A stretch of 64,000 nt of DNA from the NCBI GenBank assembly GCA_020853895.1, contig JADYYB010000121.1:470-64469 (forward strand), written 5' to 3'. Each line of letters starts with the position of its first letter. Position 1 is the first letter of the stretch. The notes under the pieces were generated by a model. It was not told the DNA's origin and ran no database searches. It saw only the letters and a program-made list of their open reading frames with translations. Positions 18,165 to 26,686 of the stretch are shown piece after piece. This DNA is from Bauldia sp. (GTDB lineage Bacteria; Pseudomonadota; Alphaproteobacteria; Rhizobiales; Kaistiaceae). A program made the translations under genes and the position numbers.

Positions 18165-19142
18165 GTGGAACTGGTTTGCCCGGCCGGCACGCCTGCCGCG
18201 TTCAGGACCGCAGTCGAGGCCGGAGCGGACGCCGTCTATTGCGGTTTTCGAGACGAGACCAACGCCCGCAACTTCCCCGGTCTGAACTTCAGCCGCGACG
18301 AGCTTGCCCACGCCGTCGCGTTTGCCCGCACCCGCCACGTGAAGACGTTGGTGGCGATCAACACCTTCCCCAGAGCGGGCAACCTCGGTCTCTGGAGGGC
18401 GGCGGTCGACGATGCCGTGCGGTGCGGGGCCGATGCGCTGATCCTCGCCGATATCGGTCTCCTCGACTACGCGGCGCGCGTTCACGCCGGCCAGCGTCTC
18501 CATCTCTCCGTGCAAGCCGCGGCGGCAAATCCCGAGGCGATCGCCTTCTATGTCGAGACCTTCGGCGTCAAACGCGTCGTGCTGCCTCGCGTCCTCAGCG
18601 TGGCTGAGATCGCGTCCGTCGCCTCCGCGGTGGCATGCGAGGTCGAGGCGTTCGTCTTTGGTGGCCTGTGCGTCATGGCGGAAGGAAGCTGTCTGCTCTC
18701 GTCATACGTGACCGGCTTGTCCCCGAACATGAACGGCGTCTGCTCTCCCGCCAGTCACGTCGCCTATCGGCAGGAGGGCGAGGAAACCGTCTCGCGGCTC
18801 GGACGCTTCACTATCAACCGGTTCGGCCCGCATGAGACCGCTGCCTATCCGACCATCTGCAAGGGCCGCTTCCGAAGCGCCGTCTCCAATGGCTATTTGT
18901 TCGAGGAGCCCTCGAGCCTCGACGCGGCTGAACTCGTTGCTGCCCTCCGCAGCGCAGGGGTCACTGCCCTGAAGATCGAAGGCCGCCAACGCGGCCGCGC
19001 CTATGTCAACCGCGTCGTCCGGGCTTTTCGCGAGGCGCTGTCTGTTCTCGACGACGGCCGCACGGTCGATCTGCAGTCGCTCAACACCTTGACCGAGGGA
19101 AACAAGTCGACGACAGGCGCCTACCACAAGACGTGGCGCTGA
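18165..19142 (+). CDS. ubiU: U32-family O2-independent ubiquinone hydroxylase subunit UbiU
   Basis: 325 aa. The GTG start follows GGGAGGA. U32 N-terminus MELVCPAGT...AGADAVYCG. The four-Cys pattern is present (GLCVMAEGSC...GVCSP...TICKG). Confidence 0.85.
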   Translation: MELVCPAGTPAAFRTAVEAGADAVYCGFRDETNARNFPGLNFSRDELAHAVAFARTRHVKTLVAINTFPRAGNLGLWRAAVDDAVRCGADALILADIGLLDYAARVHAGQRLHLSVQAAAANPEAIAFYVETFGVKRVVLPRVLSVAEIASVASAVACEVEAFVFGGLCVMAEGSCLLSSYVTGLSPNMNGVCSPASHVAYRQEGEETVSRLGRFTINRFGPHETAAYPTICKGRFRSAVSNGYLFEEPSSLDAAELVAALRSAGVTALKIEGRQRGRAYVNRVVRAFREALSVLDDGRTVDLQSLNTLTEGNKSTTGAYHKTWR

Positions 19143-19143
19143 G

Positions 19144-20097
19144 ATGAAACTGACACTCGGCCCGACACTCTTCAACTGGCCGCCCGCCAAATGGCAGGAC
19201 TTCTACTTCCGGATCGCCGACGAGGCGCCTGTCGACGCCGTGGCCATCGGCGAGGTCGTGTGCTCCAAGCGGATCCCGCTTCTGGCCGATCGAGTGCCGG
19301 CTGTGGTCGATCGCCTCGCGCGCGCCGGGAAAGAAGTCCTTCTCTCGTCCCTGGCACTCGTCACGCAGGCGCGTGAGCGAAAGTCGACGATCGATCTCGC
19401 CGAGTCTGAGCACATGATAGTGGAGGCGAACGACATGTCCTGTCTCGCTCGCCTTGCCGGACGACCGCATGTCATCGGCCCGTTCATCAATATCTACAAC
19501 GAGGCCACTGCGCAGTTCTTCTCGCGAAGGGGGGCAGCCCGGATCTGCCTGCCGCCCGAGTTGCCCATGCCGTCGATAGCGGCAATTGCCAAGGCCGTCC
19601 CCGACGTCGTCGTCGAGGTGCTCGCCTTCGGACGGATACCGCTCGCCATCTCCGCCCGATGCTATCACGCACGCCTCTACGGGCTGTCGAAGGACAATTG
19701 CCAATTCGTCTGCGTGAACGATGCCGACGGGGTCGTCGTCGACACACTGGACGGGGAAGGAATCCTGGCAATCAATGGTGTGCAGACCCTCTCTCACAGC
19801 GCCATCGATCTCATCGCCGATCTCGATGAGCTCACCTCGATCGGCGTGGGCGCCTGTCGCCTGTCGCCGCTCTCATGCGACATGGTGGCAGTCGCCGCGC
19901 TCTTCCGCGCCGTCCTCGACGGCCGCCTCGACGGGGAAGAAGCGCGCGGCCGCCTGATCTCGATCTACCCGCAGGTTCCCCACTCGAACGGCTTTCTCCA
20001 CGGCCGCGCCGGTGCCGACTGGATCGACCCGCTCAGTCCTCCGCGATCAGCTGCAGGCGCGGCAGATCGAGAAGGCGCACGCCCTTCGGCACGATAA
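19144..20097 (+). CDS. ubiV: U32-family O2-independent ubiquinone hydroxylase subunit UbiV
   Basis: 317 aa starting 1 nt after the ubiU stop. The Cys pattern EVVCSKR...ARCYHARLYGLSKDNCQFVC (C..C-x12-C-x3-C) matches the one reported for UbiV. Confidence 0.85.
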   Translation: MKLTLGPTLFNWPPAKWQDFYFRIADEAPVDAVAIGEVVCSKRIPLLADRVPAVVDRLARAGKEVLLSSLALVTQARERKSTIDLAESEHMIVEANDMSCLARLAGRPHVIGPFINIYNEATAQFFSRRGAARICLPPELPMPSIAAIAKAVPDVVVEVLAFGRIPLAISARCYHARLYGLSKDNCQFVCVNDADGVVVDTLDGEGILAINGVQTLSHSAIDLIADLDELTSIGVGACRLSPLSCDMVAVAALFRAVLDGRLDGEEARGRLISIYPQVPHSNGFLHGRAGADWIDPLSPPRSAAGAADREGARPSAR

Positions 20098-20782
20098 GGA
20101 TGAGGCTCTCCCGGGCAAGGCTGGTGAGCGCACGGCTGACGGTGGAAATGCTGAGGCCGAGGAAATCGCCGATGTCTTGCCTGCCCATTGGCAGCGGCAC
20201 GGTCACGGACATGCCACGCACGCGCGCCCAACGAAGTCGCTGCTGCAGCAGGAAGGCTGCGACCTTCGCCTTCGCTCCGCTATTGGCAACGAGGACCACT
20301 TGATCATGGGAGTGCTCGAGAGCCCGCGACGTCGATTCATACAGGCGGCGCATGAGGTGCGGTCTGGCATAAAGAAAGTCGGTGAAGAGCCGCCTCGGGA
20401 AGCGACAGGCCGTCGTCAGTTCGGCGGCGTCCGCGGAGAACCCGTATTGCTCGCTCAGAGGAAGACCGAGGAAGTCACCCGGCAGGGCGAACCCTATGAC
20501 CCGACGGCGTCCGTTCGGCAAAATCCGAAAGAGACGGACCAATCCGGAGGTGACGTTGTAGACGACATCGGCGTTCGCACCCTCCATGAACAACGTTGCC
20601 CGCGTCGGAAAAGTGCAGCATTGGCCAAGAGACTCGAACGCGCTCAGCTCGTCATTCTCCAGGTCGGAGCAGATGCTGACCGAACGGATCTGGCACTCGG
20701 CACAGTCGCTCAGCGCGCAGACGCTCGGAGGTCCGGACCTGCCGCGCACAAGACCGTCGATAGCTGCACGGCTGGCGATCAT
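20033..20782 (-). CDS. Crp/Fnr family regulator, FnrN/FnrL-type with N-terminal Cys cluster
   Basis: 249 aa with VCALSDCAECQIRSVSIC (C-x2-C-x7-C), a cNMP-like beta-roll, and the HTH RQDIGDFLGLSISTVSRAL. Confidence 0.9.
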   Translation of the reverse strand: MIASRAAIDGLVRGRSGPPSVCALSDCAECQIRSVSICSDLENDELSAFESLGQCCTFPTRATLFMEGANADVVYNVTSGLVRLFRILPNGRRRVIGFALPGDFLGLPLSEQYGFSADAAELTTACRFPRRLFTDFLYARPHLMRRLYESTSRALEHSHDQVVLVANSGAKAKVAAFLLQQRLRWARVRGMSVTVPLPMGRQDIGDFLGLSISTVSRALTSLARESLILIVPKGVRLLDLPRLQLIAED

Positions 20783-20865
20783 GATTCACCCTCGACGTTC
20801 GGCCGCCGATCCTCGTCCGTCATGGTCCCGTCTCCCTCCTGGCCCGAACCGATAGGAGCTCCGCG

Positions 20866-21270
20866 ATGTCCGCACTAGTTGATGCACCGGGAACAACCGA
20901 TCTCATCGCCCGACTGAGACGCCTCTTGTCCTCGGCAAACCTCGAGTGCACGTGCCGGACCACGCTCGGCCGGGCGCTTGATCGCTTCACCGTCCTCGAG
21001 AGGAGACGCCAGGTGCGGAGCGCGCTCAGGGACGCGCGCGCCAGGAGAGACGAGATCGTCGCCAAGCTTGCGTTCCTCACCGAGCTCAACGACATCACCG
21101 AGCACGAGCCGGATCAGACGGCCTTCGACGAGTTGGCGGTCCTGTTCGACGAAATATGCGACGCGGCCAGCGCCGCGGCCGCCGCGATCCGCTTCTCCAC
21201 GCCAATGCAGGCGACCGGGACCGACTCCCCTCCCCGTTGCGCGTCGACGTTGCCGCCTGGCCAAGCCTGA
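20866..21270 (+). CDS. hypothetical protein, 134 aa
   Basis: The ATG is preceded by AGGAG. There is a G/C-rich third-position pattern and a predicted helical, charged middle. It is divergent from the fnr-type gene. Confidence 0.45.
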   Translation: MSALVDAPGTTDLIARLRRLLSSANLECTCRTTLGRALDRFTVLERRRQVRSALRDARARRDEIVAKLAFLTELNDITEHEPDQTAFDELAVLFDEICDAASAAAAAIRFSTPMQATGTDSPPRCASTLPPGQA

Positions 21271-21303
21271 ACGACATCGCCCTCGCCACCGCACGAGCGT
21301 TTG

Positions 21304-21543
21304 TTACGTGGCACCCGACGTCTTCCCGCCGACTTTCGGCCCTGGCAGTCTCCCCTGGCGGATGAGTCGACGGAACATCGACCGGTTCCTGCAGAATGCG
21401 GGAGGCATTGCGTGGACAGGCGCGCTGGAAAGCCACTGTTCGCATCGATCGGACTCGAAACAACGCATGCACTGGTCAGCCGCCTGATGGAGTCCATTCA
21501 GACGGACCAACTGGATGGTCTCGATCCCTAACTGAGCGAGCAT
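21304..21543 (-). CDS. small Cys-containing protein, DUF6455-like
   Basis: C-terminal part of track ORF 21304..21786: MLAQLGIETIQLVRLNGLHQAADQCMRCFESDRCEQWLSS...PAFCRN. The start is uncertain; GTG 21597 is possible. Confidence 0.4.
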   Translation of the reverse strand: MLAQLGIETIQLVRLNGLHQAADQCMRCFESDRCEQWLSSAPVHAMPPAFCRNRSMFRRLIRQGRLPGPKVGGKTSGAT

Positions 21544-21814
21544 CCTGTTGAGTAGCCGCCATTGGCGCTCGACTCTCTGAAACTCCCACCATCTCACCGG
21601 CTTGCTCCTCCGACATAGTGAAGGCGCGTCACTGGATTTCGGCAAAAGTCCCCTCGCTCGCGAACGATTGGATGCAATCCAACCAGCCGTTCGGGCAAGA
21701 ACTACTGCATAGTACTCTCCCCTACATGAAACCCTCCTGCGCGAATTGACCCAGCCATATGCGCCGCAGGCAAGAATGGCCGACAAGATCGACGTCGACC
21801 TGTTGAATCGCTGT

Positions 21815-22597
21815 CTAGGAGAACAGCACGTCGAGAAGCATCATGACCGCCAGCCCGGTCATCAGCCCGATATTGGCGAGCCGTGCGCTCCCCTCCCGGT
21901 TCATTCCGGGGATGATCTCGCTGGCGACCACGAAGATCATCGCGCCCGCCGCGAAGCCAAGGCCCCATGGCAGGAGCATGGTGAACGTCGCGACGGCCGC
22001 CACGCCGAGAAGCCCGCCGATCGGCTCGACCAGGCCGGTGGCCGTGGCCACCAGGACGGACGGCCAACGACCGAAGCCGATCGCGAAGAGAGCGCTCGCG
22101 ACCGCCAGCCCCTCCGGCATGTTCTGGAGTCCGATCCCCACCGCGAGCGCGGTCGCGGTGCCCGCGTCTTCGCTGCCGAAGCCGATGCCGACGGCAAGTC
22201 CTTCCGGGAAGTTATGGAGGGTGATCGCCAGCACGAGCAGCCAGACGCGTTGCGCGGCAACGCTCCCTCGGAGCCGCGGAGCGAACGCGCCGAGGAGCCG
22301 GCCGGCGATGTCGATTGCACCCCCTCCGAGAAGGACCGCCAGGACCACGACGATCGCCGCCGCCAGGCGGCCGCCGAGGGAGACCTCCGCTACGCGGAGC
22401 GCCGGCATGATGAGGGAAAAGAACGACGCCGCCAGCATCACGCCGGCGGAGAAGCCGAGAGAGAGTTCACCGGCCGCCGCCGGCACCCGGCGGATCATGA
22501 GCAGGGGGATCGCCCCCGCAGCCGTCGCCAATCCCGCGAGGAGACTTGCCGCGGTGCCAGTCGCGATTGTCGTCCAGTCCATCGGGACGGTCGTCAC
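21815..22597 (-). CDS. ZIP family divalent-metal transporter (ZupT-like)
   Basis: 260 aa: GFSAGVMLAASFFSLIMPAL and LHNFPEGLAVGIGF, with 7-8 TM segments. The alternative ATG is at 22582. Confidence 0.9.
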   Translation of the reverse strand: MTTVPMDWTTIATGTAASLLAGLATAAGAIPLLMIRRVPAAAGELSLGFSAGVMLAASFFSLIMPALRVAEVSLGGRLAAAIVVVLAVLLGGGAIDIAGRLLGAFAPRLRGSVAAQRVWLLVLAITLHNFPEGLAVGIGFGSEDAGTATALAVGIGLQNMPEGLAVASALFAIGFGRWPSVLVATATGLVEPIGGLLGVAAVATFTMLLPWGLGFAAGAMIFVVASEIIPGMNREGSARLANIGLMTGLAVMMLLDVLFS

Positions 22598-22729
22598 ACG
22601 TCAAAACAGCCGGCTACACTAGCGAACCGCTGGTGCATGGACTTTGCTCTGGATCCAAATTGAATGCGGCCTGCATCTATTCCGCGCGTGGCTGTTTCCC
22701 AGACTGGGCTCCCTCGACCTTGCCGTTAA

Positions 22730-23980
22730 TCAGTCGAGGTCCGCGAAGGCGACGTAGTCGACGCGCGCTCCGGGAAAAAGCGGGGACAACCGTGGCCTCA
22801 GAAGGCAGAACCCATCTGCGGTCACTAGGGGACGTAGCCGCGAGGTCCCCGTGGGGCCGGCCGGCTCGACCTGCACCTGGCCGCGCCGGCCGTGTGTCGC
22901 GCGGACCGGCAGGAATTCCGTTCGTGTCGGCTCGCGAGGGTAGGTGAACCCGGCGACAGCCTCCTGCATCTTGAGTCCGGGAGGCCCTTCGCCCAGAAGC
23001 CGCGCCACCAGCGGGCGGCCGATGAGCAGAAATGCCGCCAGCGCGGCGACCGTGTTGCCGGGTAGCGCGAGAATTGCCGCATCGCCGATCCGGCCGTAGC
23101 CTATCCGCTTGCCCGGCTTCAACGCGACGCAGAGGCGATCGAGCGAACCGCCCGCGCGCGCGACGGCGGAGGCGACATGATCGGCATCGCCCACCGAGAT
23201 GCCGCCCGACGTCACGATCAGGTCGACCTCGCGGCTCAGCTCGGACAATGTGCCCGCCATGAGTCCGACCTCGTCGCGCACGACGCCGGAGTCGACCGTC
23301 TCGATCTCCGGCCCGGCCAGCCAGGCGAGCAGCATGGGACGGTTTGCGTCGAAGGCGGAGCCGGGGCGAGGCAAATCATCGGAACGGATCAGCTCGTTGC
23401 CGGTCGAAACCACTGCGACCCGAAGCCGGCGCTTGACGGGAACGGTCGCCACGCCCAGCGCCGCAAGGAGGGCTACATGGCGCGGGTCCAGCCTGGTTCC
23501 GGGGCTGAGCACCGTCTCGGATGCGGCCACATCCTCGCCTGCGCGCCGCATGTCGGAATTCGCTTCCGGTACTTGCAGGGCAACGAGCGAGTCGTCGCAA
23601 CGCTCAGCGTGCTCCTGGCGCAAGATCGCAACGGTTCCCGAGGGAATTGCCGCTCCCGTAAGGATGCGGATCGCCTCGCCCGACCCGAGCTTCCCTTCAT
23701 AGGGTTGGCCCGGAGACGACCTCCCGACGACTCGAAACCGGGCGGAAATGGCGGAGGCGGGGCCGAGGGCGTACCCGTCCATGGCCGAATTGTCGAAGCG
23801 AGGCAGGGCATGTCTCGAGACAATAGGCGAGCCCAGGATGCGCCCCCGGCACGCCGCCGTCGCCACCGGCTCGGTGCCCTCGATCGGCCGGGCGATGGCA
23901 GCGACACGGCGCGCCGCCACTTCGAGTGGCACCATGGTGACGTCGCCTTTCCGCTCTCGGGTCGGTTCTCTGAGCGACAT
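22730..23980 (-). CDS. moeA: molybdopterin molybdenumtransferase MoeA
   Basis: 416 aa: LPRFDNSAMDGYAL, IRILTGAAIP, VVSTGNEL, IVTSGGISVGDADH. The alternative start is ATG 23935. Confidence 0.9.
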   Translation of the reverse strand: MSLREPTRERKGDVTMVPLEVAARRVAAIARPIEGTEPVATAACRGRILGSPIVSRHALPRFDNSAMDGYALGPASAISARFRVVGRSSPGQPYEGKLGSGEAIRILTGAAIPSGTVAILRQEHAERCDDSLVALQVPEANSDMRRAGEDVAASETVLSPGTRLDPRHVALLAALGVATVPVKRRLRVAVVSTGNELIRSDDLPRPGSAFDANRPMLLAWLAGPEIETVDSGVVRDEVGLMAGTLSELSREVDLIVTSGGISVGDADHVASAVARAGGSLDRLCVALKPGKRIGYGRIGDAAILALPGNTVAALAAFLLIGRPLVARLLGEGPPGLKMQEAVAGFTYPREPTRTEFLPVRATHGRRGQVQVEPAGPTGTSRLRPLVTADGFCLLRPRLSPLFPGARVDYVAFADLD

Positions 23981-24057
23981 CCATATGGCTCCGGTTCAGG
24001 CGGTTCAGCCGGCGATTGCCCCACTGCCTTCTTAGGGTGCTCGACGTCAGGAGAAAC

Positions 24058-24071
24058 TTGATCTCGATCAA
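24058..24071. promoter_or_regulatory. FNR/FixK-type box TTGATCTCGATCAA
   Basis: Perfect palindrome. The centre is 70 bp upstream of the nnrU ATG (24135) and 84 bp from the moeA ATG (23980). Confidence 0.65.
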
Positions 24072-24134
24072 GGAACGCGTGCGAGGAATTGCCACGGGTT
24101 GCGATCGTCATCACAGGACACGGAAGATGCCGGC

Positions 24135-24839
24135 ATGAGCGTGACACCGTGGACTGAGTTCTTCCTCGCCCTGGCCGCCTTTGTGGCCGCGCATGTCGTG
24201 CTCCCCATGCCGACGCTGAGGGCGCGCCTGATTCGGCTCCTGGGTATTCGCGCCTACCTCCTGGTCTATTCGGCGCTCTCGATCGTGCTCCTGGTCTGGG
24301 TCATCGCTGCCGCTCGGCGGGCCCCCTATCTGGCGCTCTGGCCGCAACAGACCTGGCAGGTCGTGGTGCCGGCCGTGCTGGTTCCGGTCGCCGCCTGGCT
24401 CCTGATCGCCGGGCTGATCGAGCCCAATCCGCTGTCGATCTCCGTTCGGGGGGAATCGCGGGTTGTCGGGCCGCTCGCCCGGATCACGCGCCATCCGGTG
24501 CTCTGGGCGTTCCTGCTGTGGTCGGCAAGCCACATCGTCCCGAACGGCGACCTCGTGTCGCTGATCCTCTTCGGCGGCTTGAGCCTGCTCGCCCTTGCTG
24601 GCTTCCGCCTTGTCGATCGGCGCGCGCGGCGACGGCTCGGAGAGCAGTTGTGGGACGAGTTCGCCAGGACGACCTCGGTCATTCCCTTCGGCGCTGTGCT
24701 GGCCGGCCGTGGCCAGCTTTCGTGGGCGCCCCACCTGACCTGGTCGGCCATCGCCGCGCTGGCCGTGACAGCGATCTTCGCCATCTGGCTCCACCCCGTC
24801 CTGACCGGGACCGATCCCGTGGCGCTGCTTGGCCTCTGA
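24135..24839 (+). CDS. nnrU: NnrU family membrane protein
   Basis: ATG 24135 within track ORF 24099..24839. Polytopic membrane protein: MSVTPWTEFFLALAAFVAAHVVLP...RITRHPVLWAFLLWSASHIVPNGD. Confidence 0.7.
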   Translation: MSVTPWTEFFLALAAFVAAHVVLPMPTLRARLIRLLGIRAYLLVYSALSIVLLVWVIAAARRAPYLALWPQQTWQVVVPAVLVPVAAWLLIAGLIEPNPLSISVRGESRVVGPLARITRHPVLWAFLLWSASHIVPNGDLVSLILFGGLSLLALAGFRLVDRRARRRLGEQLWDEFARTTSVIPFGAVLAGRGQLSWAPHLTWSAIAALAVTAIFAIWLHPVLTGTDPVALLGL

Positions 24840-24867
24840 TGTGCCGCGCTCACCGAGGATGCGGGAA

Positions 24868-24881
24868 TTGACCGGGATCAA
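24868..24881. promoter_or_regulatory. FNR/FixK-type box TTGACCGGGATCAA
   Basis: Perfect TTGA-N6-TCAA. The centre is 62 bp upstream of ATG 24937. Confidence 0.65.
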
Positions 24882-24936
24882 AGTCTCTCCGCCGTGAAGC
24901 GTCCTATTGTTCTTCTCCAAATCGTACGGCCGGTTG

Positions 24937-26133
24937 ATGATCGATCCTGTCGACCTCATCACGTATTCCTCGGACGCGGCTCTCGTCATAAGCGCGAACC
25001 AGCGTGTCCTTGTCGCAAACAAGGCCGCCCGCGATCTCCTCGGACGTGAGGGCGCCGCGAAGCTCGACCTCGGTTGCAACGAGCTCCTTCGGGCGCGTCA
25101 GGTCGACGGCGGCGATATCTGCCGTCGTCAATGCAAGGCGATCACCGATCTTCGGCGCCTTCGTCCTTACGCCCACGACCGATGCTTGCTCCGGCGCGCA
25201 GACGGGACCCATTTCGAAGCGAGCCTTCGCACCATCGCGCTCCCGGACGAAAGCACAGCATCCGATCGCCCTGTGGCGATCGTGTTCATCACTCCCTTCG
25301 AACCGTCCCGCGGACCGACCGACGAGCCTCGACTCGAGATCCGCACGCTCGGCCGGTTCAGCCTGTCCTATCGAGAGAGCCGCATTCCCATCGACATGTG
25401 GGCCCGCAAACAGGCCGTCGAGCTCCTGAAGCTTCTCGTCGTTCAAGCCGGACGGCCGGTTCATCGCGAACGGCTAATCGAGCACTTCTGGCCCGAGACG
25501 CCGGAGGAGATCGCTTGGGCCCGCCTCAAGGTTACCGTGCACTCTCTCCGCCACGAGCTACGCGAGGCCGGCTGCCCGGAGAAGCTGATCGAGACCGCGG
25601 ACTGCTCGTATGTGCTTCGCACCGACAAGGTTTGGATCGATGCCCTGGCCTTCGATGAAATGGTTCGAAAGGCTCGCGCGTGTCAGCATGCCGGCAAGAT
25701 CGGCGAGGCGATACAGGCCTACGATGCGGCCAGGCAGCTCTATCGTGGCGACTTCATGGAGGCCGATCTCTACGCCGACTCCTATGCCGAGGAGCGCGAG
25801 CGTCTCTGCGAGCTCTATCTGGAGCTCCTGACCTCCCTCGCGGAGCTGCGCTTTCGGGCGGGGGACTTCGCCGCCGCCCTTCAGGATTGCCACGCCGCAC
25901 TTGCGCGGGAGCCCTGCCGCGAGAGCGTCCACCGGCTGCTGATACGCTCGTTGATCGGCCTCGATCGTCCCTGGAACGCGCTCGAGCAATTCGACCGCTT
26001 CCGCCGCGTGCTGAGGAATGAGCTCGGCGTGGACCCCAGTCCCGAGACCGAGGCCATCGTCGCCCCCCTCCTTCATTCCGCCCTCGCAAAAGCCGGGCAC
26101 CGCCCGCGACTAGCCCAAGGAGCCGTCACATGA
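24937..26133 (+). CDS. PAS-like sensor fused to SARP/BTAD (AfsR/DnrI-type) winged-helix transcriptional regulator
   Basis: Track ORF 24907 (TTG)..26133, with the first ATG at 24937. The N-terminus is PAS-like. This is followed by LEIRTLGRFSLSYRESRIPIDMWARKQAVELLKLLV...RERLIEHFWPE (OmpR/SARP wHTH) and a BTAD/TPR-like tail (AIQAYDAARQLYRGDFMEAD...). Confidence 0.8.
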   Translation: MIDPVDLITYSSDAALVISANQRVLVANKAARDLLGREGAAKLDLGCNELLRARQVDGGDICRRQCKAITDLRRLRPYAHDRCLLRRADGTHFEASLRTIALPDESTASDRPVAIVFITPFEPSRGPTDEPRLEIRTLGRFSLSYRESRIPIDMWARKQAVELLKLLVVQAGRPVHRERLIEHFWPETPEEIAWARLKVTVHSLRHELREAGCPEKLIETADCSYVLRTDKVWIDALAFDEMVRKARACQHAGKIGEAIQAYDAARQLYRGDFMEADLYADSYAEERERLCELYLELLTSLAELRFRAGDFAAALQDCHAALAREPCRESVHRLLIRSLIGLDRPWNALEQFDRFRRVLRNELGVDPSPETEAIVAPLLHSALAKAGHRPRLAQGAVT

Positions 26134-26381
26134 ACGGATACGTAGGCCCCGAGCCTTTGGTCTCTCAAACCGGACGTCGCGACGAGATGGCCAACGAGAG
26201 CCACGACCACGCAAGCCTGCGCGAGGACTCGTGTTCGTGCGGTCAGCAGTGCGGTTGCGGTGACGGTGGCGACTGCCATTGCGGCGACGACTGCGCGTGC
26301 GGCGCGGATCATCATCTTGCGGGCTCCCCTGAGGATGAACGCGCAATCGCCGTTCCACGTCCCACGGTGGGCGACGGGTGA
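26130..26381 (+). CDS. Cys/His-rich small protein (metallothionein-like motif)
   Basis: 83 aa. The ATG overlaps the regulator stop (ATGA) and the stop lies 4 nt before moaD. The motif CSCGQQCGCGDGGDCHCGDDCACGADHH has 8 Cys and 3 His within 28 residues. An alternative start is ATG 26187. Confidence 0.5.
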   Translation: MNGYVGPEPLVSQTGRRDEMANESHDHASLREDSCSCGQQCGCGDGGDCHCGDDCACGADHHLAGSPEDERAIAVPRPTVGDG

Positions 26382-26385
26382 CTAC

Positions 26386-26637
26386 ATGAAGCTCCGCTAT
26401 TTCGGTTGGGTGAGGGAGCGAATCGGTCGAGCCGAGGAGCAACTGGATCCGCCCCAAGGGGTCGACACGATAACCGAGCTGATTTCGTGGCTTCGTTTGC
26501 GCGGCCCTGAATATGAAGCGGCGTTGGATGACGCCATGGCAATCCGCGCCGCCATCAACAAGGTACATGTTGGCACCGATGCTGCGCTCGAGCGTGCGAC
26601 CGAGGTGGCGCTCTTTCCGCCGATGACTGGCGGCTAG
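26386..26637 (+). CDS. moaD: molybdopterin synthase sulfur-carrier subunit MoaD
   Basis: 83 aa: MKLRYFGWVRERIG...ALFPPMTGG, with a ubiquitin-like fold signature and a C-terminal GG. Confidence 0.85.
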   Translation: MKLRYFGWVRERIGRAEEQLDPPQGVDTITELISWLRLRGPEYEAALDDAMAIRAAINKVHVGTDAALERATEVALFPPMTGG

Positions 26638-26686
26638 CAAGATTTCTCGCCGCGTGATTGGAGCGGAGACAGAGCTCTTCCTCCAC

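Noticed and set aside
20033-20097. A 65-bp convergent overlap between the 3' ends of ubiV and the fnr-type gene.
   Set aside because: It is probably just a non-conserved read-through tail of UbiV (…SPPRSAAGAADREGARPSAR). Convergent overlaps of this size are common in GC-rich genomes, and there is no evidence of a functional antisense arrangement.
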